NCBI GenBank assembly: GCA_051362555.1
Contig: CM120648.1
Coordinates: forward strand, 17,604,587-17,668,586
Length of the DNA: 64,000 nucleotides
Direction of reading: 5' to 3'
From: Lingula anatina
Lineage: Eukaryota; Animalia; Brachiopoda
Part shown: positions 52,791 to 64,000 of the stretch, one piece after another
Numbering within the stretch: the first letter of the stretch is position 1
How the letters are laid out: every line of letters begins with the position of its first letter
The notes under the pieces: model-generated
Database searches by the model: none
What the model saw: only the letters and a program-made list of their open reading frames with translations
Told to the model about the DNA's origin: nothing
Translations under genes and position numbers: made by a program

Positions 52791-55008
52791 AATAAAGGGT
52801 ACCGGAGAAGATCAGCATTGGTCAGAATTGTGCCTGAAGTGTGACGTGTAGTGGTGTTAGAAGCGAAGCTGAGTGGTCATTTTAACCTGGAGGTGAACGG
52901 AAGAGAAGACGTGTAGTCAGAGGAAAAAGTTTTCCAACCAACATGGTAAGATAAAACTTTTTCTTTACGCTTTTTGGGCAGAGAATACTTGTAGAAATAA
53001 TAGATGCATGATATGAAAACGTGACACGGAACTTGAAGGTGCAAGATCGTGCTTAATTTGCGGTCAACTTGTTTTGAAATACATGCTGCATCGACCGCCA
53101 GCGCGACAAAGAGCGTAAAGGGAAAATAATTCCTGGGAGTCTATAAATCGTTGTCATGTGGAAATTTGGCATTAATATAATCTGATATGTCCATATCTAA
53201 TTATTTTTGGGTGTTTTATGGTATGGGCCGCAATTATAACGATGTTATAGAGGTTTTGAAGGACCTTGTGAAAACCAGGAAGTAGTTCGTAACTAACAAC
53301 TGAATCGTACCGATCTCCGATTGCTGTGCAAAGATGTATCTTTTTTCAATATTTTGACGAATTTTTAGATCTTTATATGTCCATCTGACATGAAATTCCA
53401 CACATATGATCACACTATTATACATTTTACATCGGGGAAGGCGCTAATCAGTGACAAATGCCAAGACAAAGGTGACATTCTGACAGCCTCTTATCTGAGT
53501 TAAAAATCACTGACAACAGAGACTGGCAATCAATTTCCTCAGGCTGGCAATCATTAGCATCTAGAAATTGGTCATGTTATATCTTATCTACCTGTGAGAA
53601 TCGTTTTACCAACTGAGTATTGCATAATAGCGTCAATTATTAGTACTTAGAGCTAGACTTTATTACCTGTCAACTCACCTGAATTCTCTTTGAAATGTCT
53701 TGAAATGTACTAATTTATGTAACTTAAAAGCTTTTAGGGATACATGAGAAAATTTGATTGGAATATAAAATCCGAATAACTTAACTCTAATTATGACAGT
53801 GTTTAAACAATTTCATCATTTTTTTTTACACAAAAACATGTAGTAATTGTTTAATATAAATATAACATTTACTATATATTGAATCAACAATAATCAAAAC
53901 CCATGTATCTTAGAATGACAGCAAAACCATTACGGATGACAGAATACTTTTTCCTGTCACTAAGTATAGCCCCTCGCCACCACCACCCTGAAAATATATT
54001 CCTGAAATTACTTCCCTACATCACGCTTGATGTTCACTATCCACTGCTTTTTCAGTTTTTCATCTACTGGAAATGTATGGTGGGACAGCTTTGTTCCATC
54101 TTGGGAAAGTGGGCCTACACTGGGGCAAAGAGGCACACGACAGTTCCTGCGACTTTGTAAAATTAAAAGTAGCATAATTAATACTGACCAATTAATAACA
54201 AATGAGCCACTGCACAGCAATCAATGTGCAAGTCAAAACCATTTTGACAGGTACAGTATTTAGCTGTAAGATGCCATTAAATACCCGTCGCGTACTTGTG
54301 ATTTTTAGCTCAGATAAGAGGCTGTCACAATGTCACCTTTGTCTTGGCATTTGTCACTGATTTGTGCCTACCCCAGAGTAAAAGGTGTATTAGTGTGCTC
54401 ATATGTGTGGAATTTCATGTCAGATGGACATATGAAGATCTAAAAATTCGTCAAAATATTGAAAAAAGATACATCTTTGCACAGCAATCGGAGATCGGTA
54501 CGATTCAGTTGTTAGTTACGAACTACTTCCTGGTTTTCACAAGGTCCTTCAAGATCTCTATAACATCGTTATAATTGCAGCCCATACCATAAAACACCCA
54601 AAAATAATTAGATATGGACATATCAGATTATATTAATGCCAAATTTCCACATGACAACGATTTATAGACTCCCAGGAATTATTTTCCCTTTACGCTCTTT
54701 GTCGCGCTGGCGGTCGATGCAGCATGTATTTCAAAACAAGTTGACCGCAAATTAAGCACGATTTTGCACCTTCAAGTTCCGTGTCACCTTTTCATATTAT
54801 GCATCTATTATTTCTATAAGTATTCTCTGCCCAAAATGCGTAAAAAAAAGAGAGTTATCTTACCATGTTGTTTAGAAAACTTCTTTTTCCTCCGACTACA
54901 CGTCTTCTCTCCCGTTCACCTCCAGGTTAAAATGACCACTCAGCTTCGCTTCTAACACCACTACACGTCACTTCCGGGCACAATCAGTCTTCTCCGGTAC
55001 CCTTTATT
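52791..55008. mobile_element. Non-autonomous DNA transposon with ~715-bp TIRs and an internal THAP-domain fragment
   Basis: Arms 52791-53510 and 54298-55008 (aataaagggtaccggagaaga...) are inverted. Minus strand 54011-54155 encodes CRVPLC...SHHTFPVDEKLKKQWIVNIKRD (THAP N-terminal half). Confidence 0.85.
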
Positions 55009-55149
55009 ACGCACCATTAAAATGGCTTTGACTTATACTCAGTTTCTTTTAATCACCTGTTCTGTTCCTTCATCATCTCTGACATAACCCATATCCCATT
55101 CATATGCATGCTACACCAATAAAATGAAAATACTAATTTGAGAAAAAAG

Positions 55150-58100
55150 TATTCACGAAGTAAAAGATTGGACAATTTAAAAAAGGACGCCGTTAACTTT
55201 ATTTTGTCCTCAATGGTTTGCCTGCAGACGTTACAGTTTTGAAGCCCATCTGCGCATGAGACACACGGCAGCAAGGTGTCTGTACGGCAAAAATAATACG
55301 ACAGCTTCTTGCTCCATACATTTCTTACAGGTGTGCTTCTCTTTCAGTTTTTTTTTTTTTTTTTTTTTTTTTTTTGTTCTCTTCTTGCAGTGACTCGATT
55401 TCTGGAGAAAAATTGAAGAATTTTACTTAAAGTCAAGTTTATGTATGCTGGATGTTATATCCACAATGGGCACGGGTAACACTCGTTGTACGCTTAATAT
55501 ATTCTAACCACAAGTGAACATAAATAACTTAAACATGTACCTGTTCCCATCGCTCCTAGTGCTTCAGACATGCCTGGGTTTAGAGAATTCTGGCCAAGCT
55601 TCTCTTGGGGACTTACTGGCATCTCCGTCGAAGCCGCACCTTGCGCCATCTTCAAGTCCGTTCCATGCCCCATTTGCCGGTTCATCCCATTCTCAATATT
55701 CAAAACGGCATCCAGTAAACTTGCTGCACTGGGGAAATCGTCTCCGGTGTTCCGCAATCTTTGTTCGATCGCCTGACGCACTGTATCTCGACTGAAACCC
55801 ATATCTAATACTGCCTGAGCTACCGGGGTGTCCAGACGGGCTATGATCTCCCGGGCCCCTTCGTGGCGACTGCCAGGCGCACCTGCATATAAACACAGTT
55901 ATGGTCACGTGATGAGACCAAAAAACAACTTGTTAAGTGAATTGTCCAAGCTTATGTTGCTGCATGTCACGCCATGCTGAATGGCATGGACATATTTTGG
56001 GAGATCATAGACAGATAAGGGCCTCAAGTAATGATATCGAGTTTATAGACTGGTATCGTGTTGATAATTTTCTATGAAGACATGCAAGATGCAAGATAAA
56101 AGGATCTGAATACCCATGTAAATGAGAGATTGGAGCAACTGCTTTGAGATGATTTGCACAATTTTATATTAAAAAAGAGAATATAGACCAATGATACGAA
56201 TGAACTGAAATAATCGAGAGTTGGCTTATCTGAAACAAAATAATTACTTGCCGTCTGGGCTTTGTATTTGCACCTGTGCCTGAGGGGGGCTATATCTAAT
56301 AAAATAAATTAAATATGAGAAAGGATAATGAAACAATTATAACCAGTGGAAAAGAAGATGCTGCCAGAGGCAGTAAGTGACAGTTGCTGCCAGCAAAGTA
56401 AGCACCAACAGATGGTCCAGTGACCATATATACATGTACATGAACAAAGTGTACACGTTACTCAAGTTTCACATACCCCTACATTAACGTTCAATTCAGT
56501 GTTGCTTCGATAAAAAAAATATATATGTAACTGCTAAATAATTTGTTGTTACTATCTTCGTCATATAAAATGATGCGATTAACTGTGTTTACCGTGTTGT
56601 TTGGCGAATTATGTTTCTTTGTCTTTTGTATAAATGCGTCCCCCTTGCACTGGCGAACAAAGCCACAACGTGGGTAAGTAAGCGCATGCTCGACCCACGG
56701 ATCCTGTTAAGGGTACAAATGGCCCAATCCTCCGTCACAGTAGCAATACCTCACGTTGTTACTAGTGCCTGATATCAGCAAATATGAAAATTAAGGTTAT
56801 ACCGTTGCATTCCATAACTTCATTCCCCTTTATCGTACTACTGCTGAACAAATCAACATTACAAATACTCACAACAATTCAATTTATAGTTAATATATAC
56901 TAGTACGTGTCTCATTAAATAACCCCAAAAGACTGATGTGCACTTATTTCGTTAGACACTGCATCTATGGTAGTATTGTTATAAAATGGGGTGTGGAACC
57001 CGGTTTCAAAACTGAACATCAAAACTCGGCATTTTGACTAAATGTTCCGTTCCTTAGTTTACTAAAATTCTTCCTGGCTGGCTTGTGTATCATAAATAAT
57101 GTAAAAGGCCCTTTACTCGGTTTTATCTGTCTAAATTTTAACAACAAACTAGATATTTTATTTGCCTCGGGTGTTGCCTTAAACTGCTGTTTAAATGTCA
57201 CCAAAATAAAAATAAATATCAGTTATTAAGAATATAATCAGCATGCATATAGCTTCCTCGTATCAATTAACTTTAACAAAACATAATTTAATTCCCTTTT
57301 TTGTCACGAAATGTTTTAGATATCTCTGTGGTTTAGTTAAGCTTTAAGTACAACAGGATAGGTTTGACTCGATTTGTATGGGTATGATTAATTATAATCA
57401 AATACTTTAGATTATTAAATATTTTACTGGTACATTTAAATTTTAATTAAAATGGATATGTGTGTAAATGCCATGTATAAATACCAGTGTGAAAGAACCC
57501 TGCGTTGGCGAGAGGTTCTGGGCGCAGATTACGAGATGTCAGCGAGTTAACAAAGGACCGAACTCTGGCGTCTACTGTGAAAAATTCCATGTGTCTGGGT
57601 CCGTCTTGATTATGTCCAGCTGTGGCATCTAATGGAAAAGAACATGAATTTTTAATATCAACTTCATAAGTAAATCACATTTTAATTCATGTGATTTGCG
57701 ATATCACTTGTACACTACCGCTATATCTACACTACTTCAAAAACTTTTAACTGTTAGGTTTATTGTACTGCATATTTTAAAAGCTTTTGACAATAAATGA
57801 ATTGACAATAAATTGATAGCCAATGATTACTTTCTAACCCTGTCATGTTTCCTCCCACAAAAATTCTTCTGGCCCTGTGATTCTGAAACCCCAAGAGGAG
57901 TGGTTGCGACGCTTGGCACTTCCTAAGGGACGTTCCCAACGTCAAGTCCACAAAGTAAATGGCAAGACGGATTAACTCTGCGATGCGTCTGTGCTGGTTG
58001 TTCACCTAAAATAAACGTGAAGAGTATTCGTAAGTGCTTTAAATCTAAGTTTAATGTTCTTGAATGCTTTTCTTAAATCAGCATTTAGTTGACAAAGTGA

Positions 58101-58627
58101 TCTTAAAGCAGATCTGTCATTACAATGTTACATCTAACTTTGGAGGGTGCCTTTGGCAAGTTCTTGGATATTCACATCATATGTGTTATATTAAATGTTG
58201 ATAACGCCTCTTAGCGCAGAATACACGGGGATTGAATTGTGTTACTGCAAAGATAATATGAACCCTACCTTGTTACCAATTGCTTACTTCCAAACCACAA
58301 AAGGCACACTGTACCCGGTCCCCCGTGCCCATATAGTAGAAGCCAGCTCTGATCAAGTCTCTGGGTCGGACATTTGCTCCACTGGGCCAGTTACCGTTGG
58401 TGAAGGTGTCCATTCGGTTAGATTCGATCCTCATCGTTGAGGGTGCGGGTGGCCGTGTTCCCTGTGGAGCGGGCACCATTGATCCCAGCATGACCCACCG
58501 TCTGATTGTCCATATGGAGTTCCAACTTCACAATACAGGCCTTTGAACACCAGTTTTCCATTGACGTCGATAATATGTCTGGCGCCCAAGGGGGGCCATT
58601 GCCATTATTGCCCCTATTGTATGCCAT
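55150..58627 (-). pseudogene. Inhibitor of apoptosis (IAP/BIRC, BIR-BIR-UBA-RING) pseudogene
   Basis: Exons 58636-58269 (BIR: RMDTF..WP...LIRAGFYYMGTGDRVQCAFCG..W), 58005-57831 (HRRVNPSC), 57628-57485 (ARVRSF...LANAGFFHTG), 56768-56593 (YCDGGL...DPWVEHA..YPRC), 55882-55541 (UBA: LDMGFSRDTVRQAI) and 55401-~55190 (RING: CKKCME...CVSCADGLQNCNVCR). In-frame stops at 58273-75, 57923-25 and 56707-09, plus frameshifts. Confidence 0.9.
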
Positions 58628-58697
58628 CGGTGACTGCTGGAATTAACGGAACATTTGTTTGTGTCATTCATGCTATCAACAAATGATGTTACTTATA

Positions 58698-59382
58698 CCC
58701 CCATCACACTACAGGCGGAATGAGCAAGAATGCCGTCGCAAAGACAATTCTTTGTGCGTTCCTGGATATTCGAAGAGCATTCTAAAAATTCCGAGTGCGT
58801 TCCAACATTTTACCCATTCTTCTGGCCGGCCCAAATATTTTGCTCATAAAAAAAAAAAAAAAAAACTTTCGAAGTGCATTCCAAGTGGAAAATTATCGAA
58901 TGGCATTTGAATTGTAGGCCTATTCTAACTGCGTCATGACTGCGTTCTTAATATTCTCACGGCATTCCCACAACATTCCAAACATTCTGATCACATTCGA
59001 GGGAGAAACGAAATGGCAAGACACTTCAAATCCTGCTAGAATGAGCCAGAATGCAACTCGAATGCATCTCGATCCTATTTCAGCCAGCAATCGAAATACA
59101 CTCGTACGGCATTCGAAGTGTATTCTAAATATTCTGACTGCATTCTGATATTCTTAGTTTTCCAACTATATTCAAGCTGCATTTGAGAGTTAATACAACT
59201 GAAATGTGCACGAATCATGCCAGGCGGATTCAAGCGCATTCTGAGTATTCCATGCAGCGGCATTCTTACAAGAATTTAGGTCAATTTGAAATTTTCCCCG
59301 AATGTATTACAAATGTTTTTAATTTAGTTATTCCGGATGTTTCTGCTTGATTCTTCCTGATTCCTAATAAGTGTGTTGGGGG
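58698..59382. mobile_element. MITE-like element rich in GAATGC/GCATTC repeats in IAP intron 1
   Basis: Imperfect TIRs cccccatcacact...ggaat..g.aagaat / attctt.ctgattcc...agtgtgttggggg. Confidence 0.6.
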
Positions 59383-59649
59383 CTCTAGGATCAATTAAAA
59401 TATTATAATGATGTTCTCGTGTATGTATGACCAATCTAGGGTTGTAAAAATCAACATCACAAAAACATGCCCCAGATTTTAATTAAATCCCAGAGTCATA
59501 TTTTGGTTCCTTTACGACGTCATAATGCCAGATTAAGACGTCATAACGTCTACATAGCCTACAAAGCTCACGTTCAAAACAGAAAACAGTTTTGCAGGGT
59601 CGTTGAGGCTTCCCTAAAGGTGCTTAACTAGACTCTATCATTTGTATAG

Positions 59650-59709
<60 letters not shown>

Positions 59710-60128
59710 TAATACTTTGGATGAATTTATTTAGAAAACTAATTGACAAACCCTTCTTACCACTGACAAGAGTGCTGCGTCAACATTGGGTCAGGGTTAA
59801 AAGCCAGAAATCCAGAAATCTTCATCAAATAATTTTGAAAAAAAAAAACCCGTCGAGTCTCGAGATTTTCTAAGTTTACATTGAAGAGCACAAATTAAAA
59901 TATAACCTAAATGAGATACAATGTACATATTGACATCAACAATGGTCACCAAACAATTTTAGATATTAAATATAAAGCTGAGTCTAAATGACGGACTATT
60001 TCTATATAAATTAACTGGTTTTGCTTGCTGAAGGTCACTTCTTGGCTTAATGCCTGTATGCACTGAAAAGAAAATTAATAATCAGACTTTTTTTCCTCTG
60101 CGTCTGCTTATGTGAACATATACCTTAC

Positions 60129-60200
60129 CTGAGTATCGTAATTCGTACGAGTGAGCCTGGCGATTCCCTTCCATTTGTTTACCCATGTGCATTATTTTCT
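60129..60200 (-). other. Putative non-coding first exon of the IAP pseudogene
   Basis: Donor CAG|gtaagg at 60129/60128. It would splice to the acceptor ttaattccag| at 58637/58636, 9 nt before ATG 58627. Confidence 0.45.
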
Positions 60201-60735
60201 AACACGACTGACACTCATACCGCCATACCCCTCTAGGTGTGACATAGCCTATAGCCCGTGCGGTGTTAAACAGGTGTGTTAGTTTTCACCTGTGGTATAT
60301 TAGGGGGGATCAGGGTGTTCCAAATGGCATTTTTCCCCTCAAAAACACCAAACATTTCGGGGTTCTTTAACAGGTCCTGAACCCAGCCCAAACGCAAGGG
60401 TCGGTTTCGTAGCCAAGGCCTGTCATTTCTAAAAAAATAAAAATAAAAAAATGCCCCCGCCTTCGAGCAATCCTTGATCCGCCCCTGATATTGGTATTTA
60501 AAACGGTGATTATAAATAAATATTAGATTTAAAATATTAATCTGAGTATATTATTGGTGAAGGTCAATACTTGGCTAACGCGCACTCGTACGAGTGGGCC
60601 TGGCGATTCCCTTCCATTTCCTTACGTAAGTGCAATATTTTCTCACACGACACTCATGTCCCTCTAGGTGTCACACAGTCTGTAGCTTGTTTGGTGTTAA
60701 ACAGACGCGGAAGGAACCTGAGCAGTTTTCACCTG
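60135..60735. repeat. Direct duplication (~150 bp) in the IAP 5' region: ~60143-60292 and ~60586-60735
   Basis: Both copies share tcgtacgagtg.gcctggcgattcccttccattt, cctctaggtgt, ggtgttaaacag and agttttcacctg. Confidence 0.75.
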
Positions 60736-62440
60736 CATACTAAGATACACCCACGAAAGGACTGCACTTTTCAATAAGCTTGTTTATGATGCTTGGTTAT
60801 CCCCTTTTTTGTGAAAATTCCCAAACCTGTTTTAGTTTCCAATGGCTATTATGTTCTCAATGTGCAGGACAGAAAGGGGATTTTTTTCTATACATAGGAC
60901 AGGAGAATTTATTGTGGGGGTCTGGGATTTTTCTGACAGTTTGCCCTGCTTGTATACAAATATATATATAGTCGCCGAACACAAAAGAGGGGATTTTTCT
61001 GACAGTATATCAATATGAACATTTGATTCTGTGTTATCGTTATCCACTGGGCCAGCACAATGTCAGCATGACATCACGTCTATATATATATATCTGACCT
61101 CAGTTACTGCGTTTTACGTACACATGAACCTAGTAATTTTATCACTTTGCAATCACTATTTTTGGGTCTAAGCAGTATGGCAGAGGCCTAATCCCAATCC
61201 AGTTTACGTACTAACCAGCCTATACTATATCCGAATTAAGTCTTTGCATTATTAACCTCATAATGGACATGTTAATTGGTCAAGTAGTTTACAGGTGAGA
61301 TGCCAGATTGTTTGTATGACATGTGTAGTTAAATAGGGGATGTCATAGATCAAGACATATAGATTATACTTACAGGTGTGACAAATGAAATATAGTTGTA
61401 TTCATCTGAGGGTCATTTCTGAAGGGCACTGCATAAATATTTAAAGGGAAAGCATTCTAATTAATAATTTTAATACAGTGCAATAGGATCAATCAAAATA
61501 ATTTGATTAAAATATCTACTAAAGGAATGTTAATCAAATATGTAACAGTGAAAGATAGCAATGTTTCGCTTGTATAAATCTTTTAATAACCGGTCCCTTT
61601 TTTCTACTTTCACTTTGCACCCAGGCTGTGTTTTAACGTGGAAATTTTAAAAAATCTCGAATTTCAATGATCAACCACCTACTGCCTTAATCTTTTCCTT
61701 CGGCCCTTTGAATTAACGAACTTTTTTTTAATACAGATATCAAAACCACTAGCCTGCAAATAAATACGTCCAAGTTCTCCATCCATATACTGCGATATCT
61801 GTCCGATAGACATCAGCAGACTGTTGCCTGGTGAGTACTGTAGATGTTAAGCGTTTATTTAAATCGAACAGTTTAATACGATAGTTAATGTATACTAGCA
61901 CAGGCGACCACTGTTGTTGTTTTCATTTATCCTCATCTTAAGATAAATGCCCTTTCATTCCTGAGGATTATTATTATTATTGTTTTAATGTTTGACTTTT
62001 TCGGTAAGAAGGAATTCTTGTTTTCTTCCAGTTGACAGCATTAGGCTGTTAGGCCGACTACTCGTTTGTTGGGTATATGTATGTCCGCGAGCCAGCACCA
62101 GGTCTATTCGATGTATGTTGTGCATACTAGCAGACTTATAACAAATAAGGAACAGATGTTAAATCCCACTGAATGGTTTATAGCCAATATAAACATGCTA
62201 TATTTCACGTCTCAGTAGACATCGATAACACAGCATCAGGCACTAATGTTGACATACTATCAGAAAAACCCCCCCTTTTGTGTTAGACGGCTATGAATAG
62301 TATTTCCAAACGCACAGCTGACTTAGGTGCATTAAGCCTGTGTACCAATTACGTGTTGGACGCACGGTTTTTTAGGTTCCTTGCATCCGGTGTGAACGGA
62401 ATGCAGGTCCGCTTGGAACCTACGGACCACCGTTCCTTAA

Positions 62441-62662
62441 GCCCCCTTTACACTGGACGGCGTCATTTCTACGTCCTTTGGTACGGGCCCGTTTGAGAGT
62501 AAAAAAAATAAGAAAAATTTACGTGCCGAGAACTGGCCGATTATTAAGTATTTATTCTGCAACCAAAGCAATGCTTGTTCCTCCTTATTACGACCACAGC
62601 GATGCCAGTTTCATCTATATCACAAAGGACGCAGAAAGGACGTCGTCCAGTGTAAAGGGGGT
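62441..62662. mobile_element. MITE (PIF/Harbinger-like)
   Basis: TIRs gccccctttacactggacggcgtc / gacgtcgtccagtgtaaagggggt with TAA/TTT-rich flanks. Confidence 0.65.
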
Positions 62663-62877
62663 TTTAGGAACAGTAGTCCTAATGGGACCTGTATTCCTGA
62701 TATAAATATGGATAGGACTTCTATTCCTGGCAAACCTGCATTCCGTTTACTGGAGGTCCGCCCTATATTTATGTTCGTCCCTTTATATTACTACTAGGTG
62801 AAGACCATTGACATGAATAGTATGCTTAAGTGAGCATATACAATTACTCCGTAAAATCGTTGGTTTGCAGGTTCATC

Positions 62878-62975
62878 TCCCTGGCGTAGTGATTAGGCAG
62901 TGTAACAATGTGCGTCCATAACAGTATCTTAGAGTAATCTGATGGGAGTTCGAATCCCTCTAAAACTGAAGTTGC
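62878..62975 (+). mobile_element. tRNA-derived SINE-like head
   Basis: A-box-like tggcgtagtg and B-box-like gagttcgaatccc; no complete cloverleaf. Confidence 0.35.
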
Positions 62976-63135
62976 GTTTTTAACTTTTGCGTGATTTTTA
63001 TGCCTTTGTCATGTTTGCTGGTCATTTTACTTTGCCACGTCGGATAATTTTGATTGGTTACAGATGTCACGCGCTTTCTTGCACTACTTTACATACGCTC
63101 ACATTCTTTTTCCACACCCTCACTTGACATTGGAT

Positions 63136-63273
63136 ATGGAAGGGACGAGCAGCACCCGTGCTAGACCCAACATAGAGGTTATATTTCAGTATCTCCAAGA
63201 GGGCACATACCCGATAGGCACAACACCGACCCAGAAAAGAGTAAATCGAAGAACTAGCAAGTCGAATTATAAA
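63136..63273 (+). mobile_element. Ginger/GIN-type integrase N-terminal fragment with intron
   Basis: IFQYLQEGTYPIGTTPTQKRVNRRTSKSNYK|gtaag matches the YL..G.YP....KR..RR pattern upstream of the integrase zinc finger. Acceptor gacag| at ~63335. Confidence 0.5.
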
Positions 63274-64000
63274 GTAAGCTTTCATTTACAGTTAATTTTC
63301 ATAATGTTCAAAATAAAAATTATTTTCGTTGACAGAGGCCATTTTAGCTTACACACAGACATTCATTCCCGGGAATGACCTATGCTCCTGGAATAAGTGC
63401 CCGGGGGACTACAACTTCTGGTATTTAAGGTCCGGGGGGCTACAATTTTTGGGATTTTAGGTCCGGGGGAGTACTATCTCTAGGATTTTGAGTCCGAAAT
63501 TATTGATTTATATAAATAACTAGCATAATACTAACTTCATGTCATATGTCATTGAAAAGTAATATTTCCGCTGAAGCTCATACAGAGTGAGTTGTTAACT
63601 AAACAATCATGATCAAGTGTTCTTTTTTTTCAGTTTTGGATTTCCCAGGGAAATGTTAACTGACCAGGGAAGGGAGTTTAACAACAATTTGTTACATTCC
63701 ATAACCACACCCCTCCAAATTTAAACACAAGAGAACCACAGCTTACCATCCCCAATGCAATGGTATAGGCCTACATGTATGTAATGCCGTATATTGTCAC
63801 TCATTTTATCCCACAGTTTAGTTAAGGATTAGATTGGCTATTTAATATAATATATATACTATATCATATTATACAACTTATCAGTTTGGTGAAATGAGTA
63901 CATATTATTCTTTAATATTTATATATTGGATGAATTTTACGATTAATCCTTTTTTCTAGAACGTTTTAACAAACCCTTAAGGACATACTGTTAAAGTACC

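Noticed and set aside
56246-56295. Small IAP linker exon
   Set aside because: It is exon-like, but I could not make its boundaries phase-consistent (possible stop or frameshift), so it was left out of the model.
62878-62975. Functional tRNA gene
   Set aside because: Only A/B-box-like motifs are present, with no acceptor stem or anticodon arm. Treated as SINE-like.

Overview
AT-rich genomic DNA from an invertebrate animal (spliceosomal introns, many eukaryotic transposons). The host genes lie on the minus strand. (1) At about 55.1-60.2 kb is an inhibitor-of-apoptosis (IAP/BIRC; BIR-BIR-UBA-RING) gene that is disabled by several stops and frameshifts. (2) Directly downstream, at about 46.5 kb down to 2.7 kb, I reconstructed by hand a phase-consistent 9-exon gene. 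Its upstream regulatory module and first two coding exons are paralogous to the IAP gene but lack the BIR core. These are followed by five small unrelated exons and a ~5.4-kb exon made of ~118 copies of a 45-nt unit (15-aa repeat KPPQHVSVQDNGSSS). That unit appears once in an internally duplicated sister exon. The model gives a ~2,060-aa protein, and its 5' region is rich in NF-kB-type sites. It looks like a chimeric, IAP-promoter-driven repeat-protein gene next to its dead parent. The introns are packed with transposon relics: Helentron-type/HINE, piggyBac, Sola3, a fold-back Tc1, a THAP-bearing long-TIR element, LINE fragments and an unclassified 4.2-kb repeat in three copies. There is also a 1.47-kb inverted duplication with a templated insertion. 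Gene models and TE classes come from manual reading only, with no expression or database support.
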